DNA of 32,000 nucleotides from Thermodesulfobacterium commune DSM 2178 (GTDB lineage: Bacteria; Desulfobacterota; Thermodesulfobacteria; Thermodesulfobacteriales; Thermodesulfobacteriaceae), in contig NZ_CP008796.1 in NCBI RefSeq assembly GCF_000734015.1, positions 1,620,001 to 1,652,000 on the forward strand, in the 5' to 3' direction. Below, piece after piece: positions 8,848 to 16,496 of the stretch. Both the position numbers and the translations under genes were made by a program. Positions within the stretch are counted from its first letter, which is position 1, and every line of letters begins with the position of its first letter. Under the pieces are notes generated by a model that did not search any database, was not told the DNA's origin, and was given only the letters and a program-made list of their open reading frames with translations.

Positions 8848-8873
8848 AAGGAGGTAGGTTCCCCTACCTCCTT
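8848..8873 (-). promoter_or_regulatory. Intercistronic stem-loop between fdhA and fdhB built from SD-like and anti-SD-like arms
   Basis: Perfect 11-bp inverted repeat AAGGAGGTAGG / CCTACCTCCTT with a 4-nt loop. It sits 9 nt after the fdhA stop and 13 nt before the fdhB SD. No U-tract follows it on the minus strand. Confidence 0.4.
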
Positions 8874-8882
8874 TTTATTGGG

Positions 8883-11800
8883 CTATGCCTTTCTTATGTT
8901 TACGATAAAACACTTTGTTTCTTGTATAAAGGTATTTGGGTCAACCACGTTAGGTGTAATAAGGTTAGCACTATCCCCTCCGTTTTTGGGAAACTTCCAT
9001 CCATAATGCCAGGGGATGCCTATCACATGACACTTCTTACCCTGAACGATAAGTGGTCTTATTCTTTCTGTAACGATAGCTATCGCCCATATTTCTCCTC
9101 TTGGACTGGAGACTATTACCTTATCCCCGCTCTTTATGCCTTTTTCCTTAGCCAGCTCTGGGTCTATCTCTGCAAAAATCTGAGGTTCAAGCTCTAACAA
9201 CCATGGGGTATGTCTGGTCATAACACCTGTCTGCCAGTGTTCTGTAACTCTATAGGTGGTCCCTACATAAGGATATTTAGGATCCATTCCTACCACGAAC
9301 TTATCATCTGGACTATCATAAGTTCTGGCTACAGGGTTAAAATGCACCTTAGGATAAAGTAGGTTCTTAAAAGGTGATTCAACAGGCTCATAGTAAGTGG
9401 GGAAAGGTCCATCTGCCAAACCAGCTCCAAAGATAGTTCCTACACCTAAAGGTTTCATGATAAAAGGTAATACTCCTCCTTCCATCGCTAAAGGTGGTTG
9501 TGGGCCGTCAGGAACATCTCCAACCCATTTTTTATTTTGGGCATCCCATTTAATAACAGGTCTTTGTGGATCCCAAGGGTTCCCCATAGGATCAACACTT
9601 GCCCTGTTGTAAATAATCCTTCTGTTAAGAGGCCAACACCAAGCCCAGTTAGAATACAAACCAAGACCTGTGGGATCCTCTTTTCCTCTTCTTTTCATCA
9701 TGTTGCCTGCTTCAGTAAAAGCAGCAGAATAAATCCAGTTCCCACAGGCAGTTGAACCATCATCCATTAAAAATACAAAGGAGGCAACCTGTTGCCCTTT
9801 TTTGTAAGCTTTTTTGTCTATAGGATGAGAAGCTACATCCTTGGTGTAGTAACCGTTTATTTCTTTGGCTACTTTTTCTATGTCTACATGTTTATCCCCA
9901 TAATTCCAGTTAAGTTTGAGTATGGGGTCAGGAAAAACTCCGCCTTGTTTTTGATAAAGTTCTTTAATCTTATGATAAAGCTCATTCATAATCTCGGCGT
10001 CAGGTAAACATTTTCCAGGAGGTTCTACAGCCTTATATCTCCATTGAGCCAACCTTCCAGAGTTGGTGATGCTACCTTGTTTTTCTACTGAAGAAGCACA
10101 AGGTAAGAAAAACACTTCAGTTTTGATCTTCTTAGGATCCATCCCAGGCCCTTTCCAGAAAGAAGAGGTTTCATTGTCCCAAAGGTTTACACAAACCAAC
10201 CAATCAAGCTTAGCCAAAGCCTTCCTGACTTTATTAGCGTTTGCACTTGAACAAGCTGGGTTTTGTCCCCAGGCAAAAAATCCTTTAATTTTTCCTTTAT
10301 ACATGGCATCAAAAATATCATACCAACTATAAGTGCGGTTATCGTCAAGTTTAGGTAGATAGCTATAGCAAAAATCGTTTTCTTTGGTGGCATAATCTCC
10401 ATAAAAAGCCTTAAGTAAGCTTACGATATATTTAGGTCTGTTTTTCCACCAGTTAAGACTCTTAGGTTCTGCAGTTTTTGGGGTATTTACCTCTATATAA
10501 GTTTTTAAATCAACCCAAGAAGCCTTTGGAGTAGGTAAATACCCGGGTAACACATGGAAAAGAAGTCCCATATCCGTTGAGCCTTGAACGTTACTCTCAC
10601 CTCTTAAGGCATTAACACCACCTCCAGCCATTCCTATGTTACCAAGAAGTAGTTGAATGATAGACATGGCTCTTATGTTCTGAACTCCTACGGTATGCTG
10701 GGTCCATCCCATCGCATAACAAATGGTAGCCGTTTTATTGGGTTTTCCGGTTGAAGCTATAATCTTATAAGCCTCAAGCACCTTTTCTTTAGGTGCTCCG
10801 GTAATCTCCACCACCATGTCTATGGTATATCTACTGTAATGTTTTTTAAGGAGCTGAAACACACAGTTAGGGTCTTTAAGGGTTGGATCCTTTTTAGGAA
10901 CTCCTTTTTCATCTAACTGGTATTTCCAAGTAGCTTTATCATATTTTCTGGTTTTTGGGTCATACCCCGAAAAATATCCATCTAAGTCTTCGGGACCTTT
11001 AAAGTTGGGGTCTACTAAATAAGAAAGGTCGGTATAGTTGATTACATAATCTTTGAAGTAGAGTTCATTATCTATAATATATTTAATAAGCCCACCTAAG
11101 AAAGCTATGTCAGTGCCTGGACGGATAGGAACATACAGGTCTGCTTTAGAAGCTGTTCTGGTAAACTTGGGGTCTATGACTAAAAGTTTAGCTCCTCTTT
11201 CCTTTTTAGCCTTTAATATCCATTTCATCGAGATAGGATGGTTTTCAGCAGGGTTACCCCCCATAACGATGATTACATCAGCGTTTTTGAGGTCAACCCA
11301 GTGATTGGTCATTGCGCCACGTCCGAACGACTCTGCCAGAGCCGCCACGGTGGCGCTGTGTCATATTCGCGCCTGATGCTCGATGTAAACTAATCCTAAG
11401 GCCCTCATCAGTTTTTGTAAGAGATAACATTCTTCATTATCCAAGGCAGCTGATCCTACATGAGCGATAGCCTCAACTCTGTTTACCACCCGTCCTTTTT
11501 CATCTTTAATGATAAAATACTTATCTCTTGTAGCCTTCACCCTTTTTGCTATCTCAGAAAGAGCCCATTCCCAAGAAACCTTTTTCCATTCGGTAGCTCC
11601 TGGAGCACGATAAAGAGGTTCTGTAACCCTGTAAGGATTGTTGGCCATTTGCAATAAAGAAGCTCCTTTAGGGCATAGGGAACCCTGATTGATAGGGCTA
11701 TCTGGATCACCTTCTACCTGTACTACCTTGCCTCCCTTTGCATAAACAATCAGGCCGCATCCTACAGAACAATAAGGACAAACAGAAGTACTCTCCTTAG

Positions 11801-11924
11801 CGTTTTTGATCTTGAGTTCTGTAGCTGCATAGGACTTAACAGGTGTAAGGTCTATTGAGATGGAACTTAAAACCAGAGACCCTAACGACAACTTTAAAAA
11901 GTTTCGCCTACTTATTCCACCCAT
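8883..11924 (-). CDS. fdhA: Periplasmic formate dehydrogenase catalytic (alpha) subunit, selenocysteine-containing bis-MGD enzyme; one gene, with in-frame TGA at 11363..11361 read as Sec
   Basis: The two ORF-track ORFs (11361..11924 and 8883..11348) are in the same frame and separated only by TGA. The context ...IEHQARI-U-HSATVAALAESFGRGAMTNHW matches the conserved FDH active-site motif (E. coli FdnG ...NQARV-U-HGPTVA..FGRGAMTNHW). Tat leader MGGISRRNFLK. N-terminal FeS motif CPYCSVGCGL. A SECIS-like hairpin lies downstream. Confidence 0.9.
11314..11356 (-). promoter_or_regulatory. Putative bacterial SECIS element directing Sec insertion at the fdhA UGA
   Basis: It starts 5 nt 3' of the UGA. 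The outer stem is GCGCCAC (11356..11350) pairing with GUGGCGC (11320..11314). The inner stem is GGCUCU / AGAGUC around a small GGC-containing apical loop. The stretch is conspicuously GC-rich in an AT-rich genome. Confidence 0.5.
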
Positions 11925-11960
11925 AACATACCCTCCTTTTTGTTTACTCCCTTAATATAA

Positions 11961-11990
11961 AATTTAGTACTATTTTTACGTTTAAATCAA
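11961..11990 (-). promoter_or_regulatory. Candidate promoter for fdhAB (TTGATT-18 nt-TAAATT)
   Basis: Minus strand: TTGATT (11990..11985), an 18-nt spacer, TAAATT (11966..11961). It lies ~35 nt upstream of the AAAGGAGGG RBS of fdhA. Hexamer matches only. Confidence 0.25.
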
Positions 11991-12168
11991 GAGCAAAAAT
12001 GGTTAGTTATTTATTATTTTGGGTAATAAAGTTTGATTTTTTTTATTTTTTGTTTTTAAACACAAAATTTTTTGTATATTTGCTGCCGTTTGAAAAGTCT
12101 AAAGATAGCACCTATAAAGCTTTAAAATTAGTTATAGGTTAACATGGTTCACAGGTAGTCTTTTTAAC

Positions 12169-12197
12169 TTGCTTTTTAGAAGAAAACAAGCTAAAAT
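12169..12197 (+). promoter_or_regulatory. Candidate promoter for the EncFtn-like gene (TTGCTT-17 nt-TAAAAT)
   Basis: TTGCTT at 12169-12174, a 17-nt spacer, TAAAAT at 12192-12197. It is followed by AGGAGG (12217-12222) and ATG at 12229. Confidence 0.35.
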
Positions 12198-12228
12198 AGT
12201 TATTAAATTTTAAAATAGGAGGATTCCT

Positions 12229-12525
12229 ATGCTTTCAAAGATACCTTTCGACCTTTCAAAGATTGATCCAGAGGACTTAGATAAACAGATTCTAAGGATA
12301 GCAATCATTGCTGAGCTTGATGCCATCAACCTTTATGAACAGCTTGCTTCTTTAACTGAAGATGAAAACTTACAAGCCGTACTTCTTGACATAGCCAGAG
12401 AAGAAAAGACCCATGTAGGAGAGTTTTTATCGATGCTTTTAATCAAAGATGAAGAACAGGAAGAAGAGCTTGAGGCTGGGGAAGAAGAAATAAGTGAACT
12501 CTTAGAAGACGAAGAAGAAAACTAA
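12229..12525 (+). CDS. Small ferritin-like protein of the EncFtn / half-ferritin type (98 aa) with a poly-acidic C-terminal tail
   Basis: IIAELDAINLYEQL ... IAREEKTHVGEF reproduces the E...(x30)...ExxH di-iron ligand pattern and the helix-pair layout of encapsulated ferritins (compare LIEELEAVDWYQQR ... NEEVEHA). Strong AGGAGG RBS. The tail is EEQEEELEAGEEEISELLEDEEEN. Confidence 0.55.
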   Translation: MLSKIPFDLSKIDPEDLDKQILRIAIIAELDAINLYEQLASLTEDENLQAVLLDIAREEKTHVGEFLSMLLIKDEEQEEELEAGEEEISELLEDEEEN

Positions 12526-12565
12526 CGATCGTTTAGGATTTTTAATTCTAAAGCTATCTTTTATC

Positions 12566-14740
12566 ATGGGATTTCGGGTTAAGTTGATTTTTTCAAAGGT
12601 ATTTTTATGGATAATTTCGGCCTGCTTCTTTTTTGTCCCTGTTCAAGCTTTTGGTTCTGTTTCTAAACCTTTGGAGGTTACCGCTCAAAAGGTAGAAGCT
12701 TTTAATAATTTTAAAATTTTGGTAGCTGAAGGGGATGTGGTAATTCAGACTAACAGTATGCTCATCTGGGCTCAAAAGGCTAAATACGAAGTTTCTACCC
12801 GTTATTTAATCCTCTATCAGTATAAAATTTTTGATTTTACCAAAAATGCAACCCTTGAAGGAGATCAAGCCTTCTTAGACTTGAGAAACGAAGAATTTTG
12901 GGGACAAAACATTTTTATGTTTTTGAAAAAGGAAGGGATCAGGATTAAGGCTAAGGATTTACATAAAAACGCCTTAAACGAATACCTGGCTAAAAGTGCC
13001 TTGGTTACCTCTTGTGAGTTTGATTGTGAAAATGAAAAAGACTTTCCTCCCTGGAGTTTAGAAGTTAGAGAGTTTGTTTTGACCCCAGAAGGGATAAGTA
13101 AAGGAGAGGCTACCAAGTTTAAGATTAAAAAACAAACTGTGGTTTCTGTGCCTAAAACAGCCTATGTTCCCAAGGTAACCCTCCCGATGGTTCCTCAAAG
13201 AAGTACAGGTTTTTTATTTCCTAAAATAATTCAGGGGAATAGATTAGGGTTAGGACTTCAACTACCTTTTTTCTGGCCATATACCGACCAGGTTGATTTT
13301 ACCTTATCGCCGATGTTTCTTACCAAAAGAGGTTTATTGTTAGATTTAGAAAGCCAGTTCAGATTGATAGAACCTTTAGAAGGGGTTTTTAAATTGAGAT
13401 ATCTAAAGGATAATAAAAAAACTTTACTTGGCGATACAGAAAAAGAGGAAGAGAAAAAACATAAATGGTGGTTTGTAGGGAAAATCGATTACACACCTAA
13501 ACCAAATCTTGATTTCCATCTGGACATAGATGTGGTCTCCAATAAAGACTTTTTGGAAGAGTTTGACATAGGAGAAAATGGCTTTTCCTCTTCAAAGACT
13601 TTTTTTTTAGAAAGGTTTCATCGCACTTTAGAAGAAAAAAATCAAGAATATAGAACATCTCGTTTTTGGGCTCAATATTATCGTGGTAGTCTTTATTCAA
13701 GGATAGAAAGTTCTTATCTTGACTATCATGGAGCTTCTGATAAAGACACGGTTTTACAACCTCTTTGGGGTTTTCGTCTAAATTTGTTGCCTTTTAAGAC
13801 CATAGGAAACCTTATGACAAACTTTAGTTTGGTACATAGCTATAGGTTTAGAAAAGAGGGGTACTATGGGCACAAACTAAGCTCAAACTTAGAGTTGGCT
13901 TATCCTTTTAGAACCTCTTTTTTGTTTAACGAGTTTAAGGCAAGTTATTTCCTAAACCATTTTATCCTTGACGATTCTACAGGTTTTTCAAAAAACAGTT
14001 TAAACAATCATTACTACGATGTTTCTTTTACTACCTACACTCAGATTTTTAAGTTTTACGAAATACCTCTACCTTTAAACCGCAATTTAACCTTCTTACA
14101 TGTCTTAAAGCCATATGTAAGCTATTATTTTAAGAAAAAACCTTCTAAAACCAACCTACCGGTTTTTAACTATGAAGACCTTTCTCATGAAGAGATAAAT
14201 ACCTTAGAGTATGGGTTATGGCAACTTTTTCGACTTAAAAACCAGCCAGACTTTTTAAGAGTAAAGGTTTACCAGCAGTATCAGTTTAACGCAGAGGAAA
14301 CTCCTATCGCTACCTCAAGTGAGAAGAGAAAGTTTTCAGACTTAGGCCTTCAGGTGCTGATAAATTACACCCCACACCTTTCTTTAAGATACGATGGAAG
14401 TTATAACTTTTATGGATTAGGTTTTAAAAAACACTCCTTTGACCTTGGGTTAACTGACTGGATGGTTGACCGTTTAGGTCTTACTTTTCAAGATGATAAA
14501 GCCTGGAATACCAGACAACTTACCCTTTTTCTTTCTCACCGATTTTTTCAAAGGTTGCAAACAGACTTTTATCTGAGTAGAAATTTAAGGCTTGAAGAAA
14601 ATACCGAGATGAGGTTCGGTCTTTCTTACGTGCATGATTGTTATCTATTAGGAGGAGGGGTTTCAATTACCCCTAAGGACACAAAATTTTTCTTTAGGGT
14701 AGAATTAAAAGGTTTAGGAGGTTATGGATTAGAAAAATAA
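12566..14740 (+). CDS. lptD: LPS-assembly outer-membrane protein LptD (OstA family), 724 aa
   Basis: N-terminal signal peptide (FFFVPVQAFG). An OstA-like N-terminal beta-jellyroll segment (LVAEGDVVIQTNSMLIWAQKAKY). A long aromatic- and Gly-rich region of alternating beta-strand character, ending in a beta-barrel-type C-terminus. Confidence 0.65.
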   Translation: MGFRVKLIFSKVFLWIISACFFFVPVQAFGSVSKPLEVTAQKVEAFNNFKILVAEGDVVIQTNSMLIWAQKAKYEVSTRYLILYQYKIFDFTKNATLEGDQAFLDLRNEEFWGQNIFMFLKKEGIRIKAKDLHKNALNEYLAKSALVTSCEFDCENEKDFPPWSLEVREFVLTPEGISKGEATKFKIKKQTVVSVPKTAYVPKVTLPMVPQRSTGFLFPKIIQGNRLGLGLQLPFFWPYTDQVDFTLSPMFLTKRGLLLDLESQFRLIEPLEGVFKLRYLKDNKKTLLGDTEKEEEKKHKWWFVGKIDYTPKPNLDFHLDIDVVSNKDFLEEFDIGENGFSSSKTFFLERFHRTLEEKNQEYRTSRFWAQYYRGSLYSRIESSYLDYHGASDKDTVLQPLWGFRLNLLPFKTIGNLMTNFSLVHSYRFRKEGYYGHKLSSNLELAYPFRTSFLFNEFKASYFLNHFILDDSTGFSKNSLNNHYYDVSFTTYTQIFKFYEIPLPLNRNLTFLHVLKPYVSYYFKKKPSKTNLPVFNYEDLSHEEINTLEYGLWQLFRLKNQPDFLRVKVYQQYQFNAEETPIATSSEKRKFSDLGLQVLINYTPHLSLRYDGSYNFYGLGFKKHSFDLGLTDWMVDRLGLTFQDDKAWNTRQLTLFLSHRFFQRLQTDFYLSRNLRLEENTEMRFGLSYVHDCYLLGGGVSITPKDTKFFFRVELKGLGGYGLEK

Positions 14741-15195
14741 AGGTTTTAGCTCCAGGGCCTTTAAAGTTTAGTTTTATAGAAGAAGGAATTTCTTATTATG
14801 CCAAAAAAATCGCCCCGCTATGTCCTGTAGAGGTATGTCTACCCAGGGTTAAAGGTGGGGTAGAGAAAAAGGAAGAAAGATTGAGGATAGAAAAAAAGGT
14901 ATTAGAAAAGTATTTTACTGAAGACGAATTTTTGGTGATTTTAGATGAGAGAGGACAATTCCTTAATACCATAGAGCTTGCCTCTAAAATCGAAAAATGG
15001 CTTGAAGCCTCAAAAGATTTATGTTTTTTAGTAGGAGGTCCTGAGGGAATATCTCCAGAGTTAAAAAATAAAGCCCACTTTCTTCTTAGCCTTTCTTCTT
15101 TGACCCTTAACCACGAAATAGCTATTTTGGTGTTGATGGAAGCCCTTTACCGAAGTTTTACCATATTAAAGAAAATCCCTTATCATAGGGCATAA
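14728..15195 (+). CDS. rlmH: 23S rRNA (pseudouridine1915-N3)-methyltransferase RlmH (SPOUT); start codon uncertain, proposed ATT
   Basis: The C-terminus LVGGPEGISPELKNKAHFLLSLSSLTLNHEIAILVLMEALYRSFTILKKIPYHRA closely matches RlmH (E. coli ...IGGPEGLS...LSLSALTLPH...ESLYRAWSITTNHPYHRE). The RlmH-like N-terminus IRKIKVLAPGPLKFSFIEEGISYYAKKI lies upstream of the first canonical start (TTG 14881). AGGAGG (14716-14721) sits 6 nt before ATT 14728. Confidence 0.75.
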   Translation: MRKIKVLAPGPLKFSFIEEGISYYAKKIAPLCPVEVCLPRVKGGVEKKEERLRIEKKVLEKYFTEDEFLVILDERGQFLNTIELASKIEKWLEASKDLCFLVGGPEGISPELKNKAHFLLSLSSLTLNHEIAILVLMEALYRSFTILKKIPYHRA

Positions 15196-15253
15196 TAAAT
15201 AAAAAAAACAAATAAAAAATACAATTTTTAACCAAAATCGTCGAAAAACACTC

Positions 15254-15282
15254 TTGACTTTTATTCTCATTATCGCTAAATA
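15254..15282 (+). promoter_or_regulatory. Sigma70-like promoter TTGACT-17 nt-TAAATA for the Tmc/Hmc-like cluster, giving a very short or absent leader
   Basis: TTGACT at 15254-15259, a 17-nt spacer, TAAATA at 15277-15282. The ATG at 15294 is only 11 nt downstream and has no SD. Confidence 0.4.
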
Positions 15283-15293
15283 CTTTAGCTAAG

Positions 15294-16496
15294 ATGTCCT
15301 GGGTAGACCTTCGAGTATTAGAAAAATATGCAAATTTTTCAGAATTGGTGGTTAACTCTTTAGGAGATAAAATAGCCACGGTTGTTGAGGATGAAGAAGG
15401 ACAAAGGTTTATTTGGGTTAATGGTAAGACCATAGATGAGCCTTTTGAAAGGGTAAATTTACTTCAGTTTACACCTAACGGAGATTTGATAGCTTCTGTT
15501 CAAAAAGACGGGTTGTGGACAGTTTGGAAAGAAGGTGTTTTATGGGAAGAGTTTTTTGAATATCTATGGAACCTAAAAACAGATAACTCAGGGCAGAAGG
15601 TCTTAGCTAACGTTAAAATCGACGGAAACTACACGGTTTGTGTGGATGGGATTCCCTGGAGTCATAGTTTTTATGATACCAGAGATCTTTTTGTGTCTCC
15701 TACAGGGGCTAAAGTAGCTACTTATGTGAGGTTAGAAAATTATCCGGTGTTAGAGATTTTTAACTTTGCCAAAGGAATGTGGTCGCTTGCGGTAAACGAC
15801 GTTTTTTGGGATAAAAAGTTTTTAGCCCTTTTTGGTTGTTGCTTTAGCCCTAAGGAGACAAGGGTAGCTACAGCTGTAAGACTTACTGACAGAAGCTTTA
15901 CCATAGTGGTAGATAATGTGTGTTGGGAAAAAAGTTTTTACCAGGTTTGGGAACCAAGGTTTTTAGATGAGAATCAGGTGGTTGCTCCTGTAAAAACTTC
16001 TCGAGGATGGGAGTTATACTGTGATGGTAGTCCTTTTTGGGAAAGGTCTTTTACCCAGTTATGGAATCTTAAGGTTTTTCCTGAAAAGAAGAGGGTGGCA
16101 GCGGTTGTGGCCTTAGAGCTTGGAAAGTGGACCTTAGCAGTAGATGGGAAAACTTGGAAGCCAACCTTTGGACAGATGGTGTTAGAGCCCCATTTTAGTC
16201 CCGATGGAGAAAGGATAGCCGCGTTAGTAAGACATAAAGATCGGTGGGGGCTGGTGGTAGACGAGGTTTGTTGGGACCTTGTTTGGGAAAGGATAGGAGA
16301 CCCTGTATTTAGTCCTAAGGGTAGTAAAATAGCAGCTAAAGCCGAAAAAGATGGAGGATATTATCTCTTAGTAGAAAACAAAGTTTTAGATGGCCCTTAC
16401 ACCTATTTATGGGACCCGGTGTTTTTAGAAGAGGATATCCTGTTGATAAAAGGTATAAAAGAGAAGAGCTATTTTACGAAAGAAATTAAGGTGTGA
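15294..16496 (+). CDS. Cytoplasmic tryptophan-rich repeat protein (400 aa, 20 Trp), probable beta-propeller; candidate TmcD-like subunit
   Basis: About nine to ten tandem units of ~38-45 aa with the consensus FSP(D/K)G.(R/K)(I/V)A..V......W.L.VD...W...F...W.P. No signal peptide. Its stop overlaps the next gene (GTGA at 16493-16496). Confidence 0.7.
   Translation: MSWVDLRVLEKYANFSELVVNSLGDKIATVVEDEEGQRFIWVNGKTIDEPFERVNLLQFTPNGDLIASVQKDGLWTVWKEGVLWEEFFEYLWNLKTDNSGQKVLANVKIDGNYTVCVDGIPWSHSFYDTRDLFVSPTGAKVATYVRLENYPVLEIFNFAKGMWSLAVNDVFWDKKFLALFGCCFSPKETRVATAVRLTDRSFTIVVDNVCWEKSFYQVWEPRFLDENQVVAPVKTSRGWELYCDGSPFWERSFTQLWNLKVFPEKKRVAAVVALELGKWTLAVDGKTWKPTFGQMVLEPHFSPDGERIAALVRHKDRWGLVVDEVCWDLVWERIGDPVFSPKGSKIAAKAEKDGGYYLLVENKVLDGPYTYLWDPVFLEEDILLIKGIKEKSYFTKEIKV

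Noticed and set aside
8922-11304. Several plus-strand ORFs of 65-91 aa (8922..9197, 9397..9612, 9498..9755, 9792..10007, 10063..10332, 11107..11304), and an alternate-frame minus-strand ORF (10187..10402), inside fdhA.
   Set aside because: They lie entirely within a well-supported long gene, either antisense or in an alternate frame. They have low-complexity composition, no RBS and no recognisable motifs. These are shadow ORFs.
11348-11363. The apparent break of the formate dehydrogenase alpha gene into two ORFs (187 aa + 821 aa) could be read as a pseudogene or a frameshift.
   Set aside because: Both parts are in the same frame and separated by a single TGA, exactly at the conserved Sec/Cys active-site position. 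A SECIS-like hairpin follows. It is a selenocysteine codon, not a disruption.
15158-15433. Minus-strand 91-aa ORF spanning the rlmH 3' end, the promoter region and the start of the Trp-rich protein gene.
   Set aside because: It overlaps two well-supported plus-strand genes and an AT-rich intergenic region. It has no RBS or motif. Spurious.
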